From Chrysomallon squamiferum (taxonomy: Eukaryota > Animalia > Mollusca): a stretch of 64,000 nucleotides of DNA. The position numbers and the translations under genes are program-made. Positions within the stretch are counted from its first letter, which is position 1; every line of letters starts with the position of its first letter. Of the stretch, positions 43,860-52,977 are shown piece by piece. Location of the stretch: contig CM022670.1 in assembly GCA_012295275.1 (NCBI GenBank), positions 13,640,001 through 13,704,000 of the forward strand, in the 5' to 3' direction. Below the pieces are notes generated by a model. That model saw only the letters and a program-made list of their open reading frames with translations, was not told where the DNA came from and made no database searches.

Positions 43860-44904
43860 TATATAATATATAGATAGATACATAGATAAATAGATAGATA
43901 TATTGTTGAAAAAGAAAGCACTTACTGTGGACTCTGAAGAAAGGGAAATATCCTGAAGAGAAAACTCAGAAGGACTGATCTTGCAGTCTTTCATATTTGT
44001 AACATTTATAATCACAACAGTAAACCAATATGAATACAAAATACTAAATAACAAAAACCCCAAAAACAAATTTTAATAATCATAATAATTTGTGTATTTT
44101 CTTATTTTCACGATGACAGGAAACCAAGGACACTCCGACATGCTTTGTCAGTTACTCCTGGTCAAACTCCAAAGACGCAGTCGAGAAAGGAACAAAACCT
44201 AAAGAAGGTTCAGTTGGATGGGGCGATCCTCGTGTGATAAAGAAACACCTTGAAGACAGCGGTTTTTCTACGTGGATTGACTACGAGAAAACAACCGGTG
44301 GAGTAAGTAAACATGACAGTTATTTACATTCTTTCACATCACAAACATGTTTATTCTACGTTTAGTTACGCATATATAATGCAGATTTGTTACGTTCATT
44401 GGAATTAATTTTCAGTCGAGAAGTCTTGTATGATGACTGATTTTGTTCACGTTTAATATTTTTATTGCTATTATTATTATTATTGTTTATATTATTGTTA
44501 TTTTTATTAGTAGTAGTTGTGATGGTGGTAGTAGTAGTGGTAGCAGTAGTATTGTGTGCATTGCATGGTTACATATGTTTTCATTATAATATTTTATTAA
44601 TGATGTGTAAGATTTGTACTTGATGAATATTGGAATAAAAGATGAATTGACAAACAATATTCAGAGTCCAACCCATGTGTATCTATTAGTATATACATAT
44701 AATTTATTACTCACTGACACACAAATCTGGAACAAAAATAATGATGATGATGATGATGATATAATAATAGCAATGATAATAATAAAATATATTTTTTGTA
44801 GGGAGGTGGTTTGTTTCAAAGATTGGCAAGTGCAATTCGACATACTAAAGTTTTTATTGCTTGTGTTTCAAATGAGGTGAGGGTTTTTTCTCTGTATTTT
44901 CTTT

Positions 44905-44940
<36 letters not shown>

Positions 44941-47900
44941 TTCTTTTGATTATGTAAACATATACACCTGTTTGTCAAAATATATGTGCCTCTGTTTTTC
45001 TGCGTTTTTTCATTCACTCACATTTGTTCATACACACTTATTTGCACATGGATACCTGATATATACACATTCCATCCTAAATATAAACAAACACTAAGAG
45101 AAATATAAACACAACTCTTTTTTCTTTACTACATTTAATGTGTGTACAGTAGCACTATCAAAATCCACTCAACTCAATTTTGATGCCGCTGCATAAGTGT
45201 ATATATTATTTCATTATTTTTGATAATATTTGAAAGAATTGATTTTTTTTTTTCTTGTTGTAGTATGCTGAGTCAGAAAACTGCATGATGGAACTGAGGT
45301 TTGCGGTTCTTAACATTGACTTACCCATCATTCTGTGTGTTGTTGGCACCAACAGAGGCTGGGATACATCTGAGGTAAATGTAAACCAAAACAAACAAAC
45401 AGCAGAGTATAATCCAGTTTATCATAATCATAATAAACAAATTAAAAATGTAAAATATATTTCAATGCAATAGTTTATTTATCATCATTTTCAACATTTC
45501 TCATCATCAGAAATAAATGTAAATTAAAAACATTTACATTATCATCATTATCAAAAAAACCCACACCAAAACCCTTGTCATTTTTGGATTTTCAACATCA
45601 TTCCCAGATGTTGGTTGAGTAATTAATTGCTTGTTTGTTTTTTCATCTCTTCAAACTGACAGATTGGCATTCTGAGTCAGAGATCAAAAGCAGCAAGGGT
45701 GTATTTTCAGAAGGAGAATCCTGAAGCTTTCAACACTCTGATAGATTTTGTGAAGCAAGCAATCACATCAAGAAACCAGAAAGCAGTGTCCAAGAAAAAG
45801 ATAGCCAAATTAGAGAAGTCGGAGCTAAAGAAGAAACAAGCTGCTAAGATGACCAACATTTCATTTCAGGTGATTGTCAATTGTTACTTAGATATTCTGT
45901 GCTTTTGTGTTGAAAAGATTGTTGCTAAATTGAGATTGTTCAGAAGATGGTAAATGAGTTTAGTGAAATCACTATAGTAAAAACTATTAATTTTATGATC
46001 AATATGAAAAATCTTTTTGTTAAAATTATAATAAAATGGTTTTTTGATGACAGTAATAAAAGGTGTTGTTACCAATTAAGATAGTAAATGGGATTGAAGG
46101 AGATTACACCATCAGATTTAAATCCATTTAAAACTTTATTCTTTCATGATAAATAAGTTGTATCTTCTTTAAAACTGATAACCAGTATTTGACTGTATTA
46201 TCAATTTAATATGACAAATTTTGACCTCCTAGATTTTGTCATGGATATATACACAATCTATTAAAGCCAACAAATATGTATTATCAATTTTAAACAAAAA
46301 AACAAGCAGATGACATTTTGCTTCACAAAAGCACATTTATAAACAAAATGCTGGATATTCTTGGAGAAAATAATTTACTTTAAAAAGTACCCCACCTACA
46401 CATATGAACTTAAAATGCATTATATTTTTTTTTTCTTGTATCACAGGAGGAATATGAGCTGATCCAGAGGAAGTTTATGCGTCATATTATCTCCTTTACC
46501 AGCCTCTCTGACTCGAGTCCCATGCCTCGGTTAATTGTTTTAGACTTTGACGTGAAAACTGAAACGTGTCTGAGACACAATCATCCAGCCAGGGACAGTC
46601 ACAGCCTGAGACCAACTTCACGTAAGTTGATTTGAGAAACAAGAAAATGTTCAGTGTACTTTATCAGACAGGAGCAAAATTACATAAATATTCTTTTTGT
46701 TTTTTAATGCTATCAGGTTATTGTTATATTTGCTTTGGGTTAAAGAATATATATATATCTTGGTTTTAATAAAATACATATATATATTTATATATTATCA
46801 ATTCAATTTAAAAAAAAAATACATTTATATTTTTTTTTTTTTAATGCTATCATTATTGATTTTGCAATTAAAGAATAAATATCTTTATATATATATAGAA
46901 TTATTCATTTATTATTTACAAAAAATTTAAAAATATTTTGGAATTATTCATTATAGTTTCAAAACAATTCATAGTTTCATACATTCATTTCAAAATAAAA
47001 ATGCAGTTAGAATTTTTTTAATTAATTATTATTATTTAAAAAAATTATGATTAAATTTATTTGCAGTTGGAAGAACAAATCTGAATATAACATCTAGTAA
47101 GTAGTTGTTGAATAGATTTAGACATCTTATTTCCAAATTTCAGTAATACAACTTCATCAGTGGGATTTTTTTATTTTCAACATTATTCCTTATGGTTTTT
47201 CCTGAAAAATATATTTTGGTTTACAAGCAGAATTAATGTCTTCTGGTTATAGCTAGCTAATTTTTCATTCATAACTAAGTTGTAGTTTAATAATAGTTTA
47301 CTTAACTGAAATGCAATGGATCACAGGTTCAGTCTTACTTAGCATATATATTCCTTGTATTTCATTTTGTTTCATTGAAATTCTTAATAAAAATTTGTGG
47401 AAAGTGCTTTCCTGTTTCTGGGAGTGTGCACATAAAATATACTTTGAAGCTAATCATAAGAATAACTGACAGTGGTAGTAACAGTTTTCCTCTCATTTCA
47501 TTATTATTAAGATATGAAAGTCATACATGTAACATCTAAATGATCTTTAATGTTATTAACTAAATCTTTGTTTATTCAGTTTATAACTGTAAAGTTAAAT
47601 AAAATAATACTTTTAAAATGTTGATCTTATTGCTGTTTCTTAATCATATTTTAATGACTATAATAATAAAATAATAATAATAACAATAATAACAAAACTA
47701 ATAATTAATAATAATAATAATAATTCAAATTTCTATTTAAAAAAATAAAATTAATATTCATATTAGAAAAATACTGTGAAAAGATCATCAAGAATTATGC
47801 ATATTATTTCTTTTTTGTCTGTTAATAATGTAATTATCCTTTCAGATCTGAAATTGAAGTCAAAATTATCTTCTGTGTCTAGAGGATCTTCTACTTTTGA

Positions 47901-48618
47901 TGGTAAGATGAGGTTGCTTTTCTAAGCAAAAATAAGTTTTCTGTTTTTCTGCCTCTGGTCCATAATTATTTTCTCAGAGGTGATAGGCCACAGCATCTGT
48001 CTTGTCTTTTATGTCATTTGTAAAATATTTAAACCAAAACCCATTAATTTGCTTTTGTCAGAGGCACTTAGGGGGGTTTTGTTTTTGTTTATGTAAAAGG
48101 TGTATATAATATTATATAACACAGCCCTTGTTGCTAGCTGAACAGAAAAGCCAGGAAAAGTAATTCAGCAGCTTTCACTTTTCTCACACTATCATTATGT
48201 ATAAAATATATTTTTGACACTTAATAGCAAATAGTATCAACATGTGTTGAGATATCAATAAATATTCTTACTTTCATTTGGCTGGAAATATCTTGTTTTC
48301 TTAACACATGAAGAAATGTATATATATATATTTTTTAAATCATATTATTTATTAACAAGCAAAAAGAGGTGAAAAATAATTTTTAAAATGAATTAATATG
48401 CACATGATAACTATATTATAAAATATCAAATTGTGTAATGTTTTTGTTTATTTGAACAGAGCTGTCTGAAGCGTCATCACCAACTTCTGTACCCATGCGC
48501 GGTATTCGACCCAAAGCGCTTACAAGATCTAGAGATAAAATGGAGGTCAGAGTTCATTGTAACCAAATTAATGCTGTACATTAAAATGAACATAACATAT
48601 TCATATGGTTTGTTATAA

Positions 48619-48655
<37 letters not shown>

Positions 48656-49150
48656 GCAGATGCCCAGATGTTTTATATGAAAATATTGCAGATTGCCCCA
48701 GGATTCTGTATTTTATAACACATGTCTAAAGTATTATTTCAGAAATTCTAGTGGGTAAACTGATATCCAAAAAAACATTTATTTATTTATTTATTTATTT
48801 ATTTGTTTGTTTGTTTGTTTACTGATGTCTAATTTTAGGGATATTATTATTATTTTTTTTTTAAAAAACCCAGATTTTTTAACCAAAGATACAAAATACT
48901 AGAATTTCTGATCTTTTCTTATTAAAAAATTGTAATAATAATATTAATTTATTGCAGCCTTTTATTTTGGATGACGAGAGTGAGAACTGGGAACTGGAAA
49001 ACTTTTGCATTAAGATTCTATGTGAACATGAAGAGGTGAGAGAAAATATTGCTATCCAGAAATTTAAAGTGTATGCTGGTACATACAAATGATGTAAATT
49101 GAAATGTATATCTATTAAACTAATTGATTGATTTGTTTCTTTTACATGCA

Positions 49151-49189
<39 letters not shown>

Positions 49190-51485
49190 TTTTGCATATT
49201 AACTACAAATTGGTCTTTGCTGTCAGTAAAATGTTACAATAAAACAGCAGGATAAATTATGAGGACAGACAGCTGCTGAGTTTTCACTAGTTTTATGATG
49301 TCATTTTGAAACTGAAAAAAAAAATGCTTCACATGGACTACAAGTATGATAGTCTTGCAATGACCTTCTGAAACTGTTTGTTTGTTTTGAGTGTTTGTGT
49401 GGGATTTTTCATTAGGTAGAAGTTAATTGTAAACATTTCCAGATATATAAATCCACTTCTTGTCAAAAGACATTTGGTGCTAACTGATAGATCATGTTGT
49501 ATTACGATTTTAACACATTTCTGTTTATTTTAGGGATGGCACGAAAGCAAGAAGTCATACCCATTTAGAAAGGGTGATGACTTTTTTGATACAATGAGAA
49601 AACTTGCACCCTACTTGTTCCGGCTGTACTGTATTTTGAAGCAGAGTTCAGTTCAGCTGAACTGTTTTGTTGGTGAAAGAGGCAGGAAGTTTCATGAGTG
49701 GATTGATAAGGTATGCATCAACCTGGTACAGTATGCAACAAAACTATGTCTAATTTCATGTGTATAAACTGAGAAAAGTAAAACTAGATATACTTTAAAA
49801 AAATAATAATCAACAATTCAGTTTTAATGTTTGTTAGGTTTCAGATGTAATTCTGATTATAATAATGTTATGTGAGAAGAAATCTTTTGCTTTGTTTCAT
49901 AGGTTAATGTTTTTTATTAGCATCACAACATATTTTGTGTGCAAGATTGTTAGTTAGGTACGTTAATAAGCCAGCTGAGCAGAATCATCTGTAACAAGAG
50001 ATGTGTCTAGCTATGTTTGGCAAAATGTAGTTTTGAAAATTCCTTGTCACAAAAGAACAGCACCTAGTGTGTTGTATGGTGTGCTGCCTTTTTAATACTA
50101 TATTACAAAATTCTATTAAATCTTTATATTGGCAAGGACATGTTCACTCAGGTTCATACAATGTAAATGTATAATGCACTTTCGACAAAATAAAATGAAA
50201 GTAGGACTATTTCATGGTAAATGAATGCATTCAGAAAACAATAATTTATAACAACAGGAATCTCAACACATCGATTTCCTGGAATCATTCAAAGCTATTA
50301 GAGAAATTCTTGCTGATGATAATGAAGCTGCTGATTTTCTAGGACAACTCTGCAGGTTAGTTTTTAATTTTTTGTGTTGCTGAAACTTGAGGTTTATTTA
50401 AATACACAGCATCTCAGGAGCAGAACAACATTTGATGGACTACGGAAATTATACTTAGAATGGATCATCAGTGCATTCTGATCATTCCTCTAAGATGAAA
50501 GAATCTGGAATAACTTTAATGATAATAAATTATAAGTAATTAATTTTGACTTAAGCTTTAAGATAACACTGGGTACATTTTTGCAAGTAGAAGAGGTGAA
50601 AAAAAGTTGTTATAAATCTAAAGAATAAAGTGTTTAATGTTTTACACCAGGTATTTAATCTGGTTTGATACACGATGAGGTGTCACTAATTTCAGATGTC
50701 GTCTACCCAGTGGAAAGGTCTACTGGTTATGTGAGGAGCATCAGTCTGGTCCTAGAATCACCAGACTGAGTCCAGATACAGGCACCAGTAAGAATCAACA
50801 TAGAGTTATCTTCCCTGAAGACACTGCCATGAAAGAAATGTTGGAGAAGTCCGATATCTTTAAGAAACGAAAGTTAGAAAAGTCAAAATCAGTAATCAAA
50901 CTTCCTCCAGCAAGTAATGGTGAGCGAACTATGTAATAATTTTTTTTTTCTGATTTCTTTAATTTTATTTTTCACATTCAAATTCAGTATTAATTAATAA
51001 ACATTTGGTTTTATAATAAACTTTATTATCAACATGTTTTTCCCTTGATACTGATAGCTGTTATGTGTGAATCCTATAGCTTTTGTACGCTGAAATTTGA
51101 GAGGGTTTATTATTTAGTTCTACTGTATGTAATAGTTAAGTGATCTTTCATATTGACTTTATCACAGATGTGAAAGTACATCCAGGTCATCTAGTTATTT
51201 TTGTTGTTGACACTACACTGGTGATGGTAGTGTAAATGTTACTATTATTATTTTTTTTTTTTTTTTTGTTAATTTAAGCTGATGTCATTACAAGCCTACC
51301 AAGAAAGATTTCTGTGAAGAATGAGGATAAAACAAGACAAAGTGCTTTGAATCTGCTGATGCTGGCTTCAAGTGAGTCAAGAAAGATTTGTTTTTCAGAA
51401 TAACAGTAAATTTATTTCTTTGTTTATTCATTTATTTATTTACTTATAAACATTTAAACAAACTTATTTATAATTTCGATTTAGA

Positions 51486-51525
<40 letters not shown>

Positions 51526-51859
51526 TTTTTATTTATTTTTTCACAGCTTCAAACCTGACTCACACAAGTCTGGTAAACTGACAAAGACTCATCCAACGAC
51601 TGGATCCAGAAAACTGTCCACGTTTGACAGTGTTAAAAACCCCACACAGAAGACTGTGGCCTTCTCCGTCGCAGATTCTGAAATCATTGGTGACACTCTT
51701 CCTGCCAGAACAAGTGACTCTGCCTCAGACAATTTGGCATCACTCAGAAACCCCCAGCAGCAGCTGCGTGCAGCTGCAAATGTGGCTGCAATAACAGCAG
51801 CAGCAGCAGCAGCAACAACTGCTCAAAAGTCAGGGAGCAAAACTTGTGAAATTCAGTAG
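546..51859 (+). CDS. Giant multi-exon double-ROCO gene (LRR-pseudoRoc[3xSPRY]-COR-CysRich-SPRY-MSP-Tudor-like-LRR/EF-Roc-COR-TIR-TIR-Cterm-CaaX), about 81 coding exons, about 3,900 aa
   Basis: Manual splicing of GT-AG exons gives a phase-consistent chain from ATG 546 (in-frame TAG upstream at 492-494) to TAG 51857-51859. All introns are under about 1.2 kb and there is no intergenic gap. Exceptions: frameshifts at about 31209 and about 33813, and phase mismatches at 3492/3978 and 51371/51547. Modules are listed separately below. Confidence 0.8.
3978..5450 (+). CDS. ROCO gene exons 6-7: N-terminal half of a degenerate (pseudo) Roc domain
   Basis: Exons 3978 (or 3988)-4159 and 5328-5450 give CYILVVPHEDLKDSFAEYL (aligns to KLMFVGxxxxGKTSLLKAL), WNIALTEFP (aligns to YNTWDFAG) and PVQVLIPFD...SKTITRILSK (beta4-alpha3). 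GTPase motifs are degenerate. Confidence 0.55.
4170..4770. repeat. Compound (TTAC/TTCC/TTTC/TTGC)n microsatellite block in an intron
   Basis: Visible tetranucleotide arrays; they generate the spurious L/T/Y/F/S ORFs 3944-5063. Confidence 0.9.
5839..12971 (+). CDS. ROCO gene exons 8-19: three tandem SPRYD3/RanBPM-type SPRY domains
   Basis: Exons 5839-5951, 6795-6998, 7354-7465, 8038-8151, 8423-8511, 8963-9172, 9538-9670, 10046-10168, 10604-10680, 11124-11324, 12010-12178, 12858-12971. SPRY1: YVSRQPLSRTNCYFEIE...GDVVGFGI...YYTVNG...MYPVVSV. SPRY2: VGLFVSQHPI...IALGIG...FYRND. SPRY3: YFEMKVL...VGIGLC...MPGWLGGSIAYHADNG...GDVVGCGV...VFFTKNG...LYPCVSL. Confidence 0.85.
7090..7320. repeat. About 29-bp degenerate tandem minisatellite
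   Basis: Repeated unit approximately AAAATGAAGATATTGTTTTGTAAATTAAT. Confidence 0.75.
13005..13350. repeat. About 30-bp tandem minisatellite
   Basis: Unit approximately TGTGTATCATTTGTCTGTTTACATTTACCT, about 11 copies; source of ORFs 12974-13408. Confidence 0.9.
13563..17401 (+). CDS. ROCO gene exons 20-26: C-terminal half of pseudo-Roc plus first (divergent) COR domain
   Basis: Exons 13563-13780, 14539-14671, 15288-15518, 15884-16069, 16232-16360, 16724-16934, 17210-17401. Motifs: CHFLVVAVGD (G4-like), HFLAVNTNTGQGYDDLVSTI (G5-like), AVKFLHKKGQLVYL...LALDMEFV (COR-A, compare AIQFLHELGTVQYF...VVINPQWI in module 2) and FW...RCYKFANGLPPSLL (COR-B). Confidence 0.7.
17988..19197 (+). CDS. ROCO gene exons 27-29: Cys-rich motif and linker
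   Basis: Exons 17988-18202, 18484-18632, 19032-19197. Exon 27 encodes CSHDW...VCTMCNLCCDSGIDCKWSGIMGQYLRECCCGTKVNGCRQCGICKRCADELW. Confidence 0.8.
18670..19010. repeat. Degenerate, about 30-bp tandem repeat
   Basis: Recurring TTATTACTGTCAGACT...TTAATTGT units. Confidence 0.65.
20021..22166 (+). CDS. ROCO gene exons 30-33: fourth SPRY domain (SPRYD3-like)
   Basis: Exons 20021-20225, 20954-21074, 21489-21609, 22047-22166: VGQFCAAQPL...ISIGLCHKRY...QPGWASSSIGFHADDG...GDKMTC...VIFYHND...MYPIVGLHSEGEVVRLL. Confidence 0.85.
21571..21945 (+). repeat. About 97-bp tandem repeat (4 copies) containing the exon 3' end and splice donor
   Basis: GACAGAAGTAAAGTTATATTTTAYCACAATGACAAACARGTACATCTTCAT... starting at 21571, 21668, 21765 and 21860. 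Confidence 0.92.
22523..24999 (+). CDS. ROCO gene exons 34-38: MSP (major sperm protein/VAP)-like Ig-fold domain
   Basis: Exons 22523-22578, 23122-23212, 23694-23796, 24145-24256, 24915-24999: LWISPGHTLHL...WLLLHNPSKDLIGFMITAN...YTGYLEPHKSRCIRL...HSLKVTI. Resembles the MSP consensus LxIxPxxxLxF...LxLxNPSxxxVAFKVKT...GxIxPxxSxxIxV. Confidence 0.6.
25517..30311 (+). CDS. ROCO gene exons 39-47: Tudor/MBT-like segment, charged linker and unassigned globular region
   Basis: Exons 25517-25660, 25944-26002, 26527-26722, 27150-27417, 28039-28097, 28325-28421, 28966-29154, 29635-29791, 30249-30311. All are open and phase-compatible. They include FQKGMRMVAQLYENVYAECMIVSVSEDNQTLALEY...VRTDSEVIQL and an E/K-rich linker. 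Confidence 0.7.
26008..26400. repeat. 32-bp tandem minisatellite (about 12 copies)
   Basis: Unit TATTACCGTACAATAAACAAGTCAGCTTATGT; starts immediately after the donor at 26003. Confidence 0.93.
30714..33624 (+). CDS. ROCO gene exons 48-52: LRR array with inserted EF-hand, ending at the Roc P-loop
   Basis: Exons 30714-31468 (+1 frameshift at about 31209), 32013-32116, 32364-32487, 32751-32948, 33459-33624. LRRs include LQELHYLDLSFNPLTDLPIEFGEL and LNLRVLSLTNNPLLESLPGSLGHL. The ROCO cap is CPSLCTPPNEVVSRGFESVKAYL, followed by KLMFVGLGGAGKT. Confidence 0.9.
33459..40371 (+). CDS. ROCO gene exons 52-63: intact Roc GTPase and COR domain
   Basis: Exons 33459-33624, 33788-33958 (-1 frameshift at about 33813), 34415-34561, 35080-35169, 35505-35611, 35922-36003, 36694-36840, 37369-37542, 37932-38030, 38760-38854, 39541-39691, 40254-40371. 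G1 GLGGAGKTS, G2 ITDGI, G3 WDFAGQTLYYNTHQFFLS, G4 VVGTHCD, G5 FISSVQGKGIAEL. COR motifs FLHELG, INPQWI, VPCLLP, YLPAGLFNR, IWKRG, VPCPDC. Confidence 0.92.
38905..39325. repeat. (GT)n-rich block with internal duplication of about 155 bp
   Basis: GTGTCTGTTGTGGGTGTGTATGAGTGTGTGTATGATG...TATAAATATGTG occurs at about 38970 and about 39123. Confidence 0.8.
41295..45869 (+). CDS. ROCO gene exons 64-71: two tandem TIR (TIR_2-like) domains
   Basis: TIR1 from exons 41295-41490, 42117-42183, 42719-42886, 43441-43536: DVAILYS...KNDLEKEKFSVWF...GIKNSKVVVALLSDNF. TIR2 from exons 44120-44302, 44802-44876, 45264-45374, 45663-45869: CFVSYSW...KHLEDSGFSTWID...LFQRLASAIRHTKVFIACVSNEYAESENCMMELRFA. Confidence 0.88.
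41510..41710. repeat. (TTTTA/TTCTA)n pentanucleotide microsatellite
   Basis: Directly visible. Confidence 0.9.
46447..51859 (+). CDS. ROCO gene exons 72-81: Cys/His C-terminal domain, low-complexity tail, CaaX-like end
   Basis: Exons 46447-46621, 47067-47096, 47846-47902, 48460-48545, 48958-49035, 49534-49710, 50258-50355, 50696-50919, 51279-51371, 51547-51859: MPRLIVLD...FCIKILCEHEEGWH...LAPYL...LCRCRLPSGKVYWLCEEH...SGSKTCEIQ*. Confidence 0.75.
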
Positions 51860-51940
51860 AAGGGTGGGTGGAGAGCAAAGAAACAAACTTGAGCAGGCAG
51901 CAAGTGAGAAATTCAGCAGAGGAAAATGAAAATAATACAA

Positions 51941-51946
51941 AATAAA
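51941..51946 (+). promoter_or_regulatory. Candidate polyadenylation signal of the ROCO gene
   Basis: AATAAA about 80 nt after the stop, followed by T/GT-rich sequence. Such hexamers are common in this AT-rich DNA. Confidence 0.3.
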
Positions 51947-52928
51947 TTTTGTAATTTTATTGCCTGATACATATTTTATTGTTTTGTACTGTTTCAAACA
52001 GGTGTGTGTTAAAAACTGTAATAGACACTTTATGTTTTAAAGCATGTTTCAAAGCATATTTTAAAATATATTTATTGATACATGTATGTGTTAAAAATAT
52101 ATTAATTTTATTGATAAATATGTGATATATGTTAAAAATTTTAATTGATATTTTATGCTTTAAAGTGAATTTTAAAATATGTTCACTGAATCATTGTTCA
52201 TTACTTAAGCAAAGGTCTCCAAATTGCAATCCACAGCCTAAGTTCAACTGATCTTTCATCAGTATATTAAAGTAAAATTTAAACATAATTTTATTTATGA
52301 AAAGAATAATTTCCATCCTTCTTACTTCATTTACCAGGACCAATGTGTTCAGTAGAAAAGTAAAGCTTTAATTTTTTTTGTAAAAATCCTACCTCCTGAC
52401 ATTTATCCAAGTGGCACAAAAAAAAAAATTAAATTTGTTATTTTTTTTCAAAAATCATCACCAAAATCACATATTTGAAAAGGCACCATTTATTAAAATT
52501 TATATGTCAACCCTGTTTACACCTGTGATACGTCTTTGCCTTGAATATAAATGCAATATCTTTGAAGAGAACTTGTTATTATTATTCTAAATGTTAGACG
52601 TGTCATTTTACCTCAGTGATAGGTAATGTTTTATCAATACTCTACTGTTTTCACAAATTTTATCTTCATAAGTAATGCACAAATTTTGAGATTTTTTGAA
52701 ACACTGTTTTATGCAGTTATTTTTCTAAACTCTGAATTTTATATTTGTGGTATTAATTATGTTGATATATATTTCATGTATGGGAAAGGTCATGTTAAAT
52801 ATAGTATTCAGTGTTAATATTTTTTATATAACTTTTTTCAAATTATTTATATTAACTAAACTGTGATATTATTATACTGACATTCACCAGAGTATATATC
52901 TACATCTATATATATATATATAACGTAT

Positions 52929-52977
<49 letters not shown>

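Noticed and set aside
40371-51859. LRRK1/2-like kinase-WD40 C-terminus
   Set aside because: No kinase motifs (VAVK, HRD, DFG) after COR; TIR domains are present instead, so no LRRK symbol was assigned.
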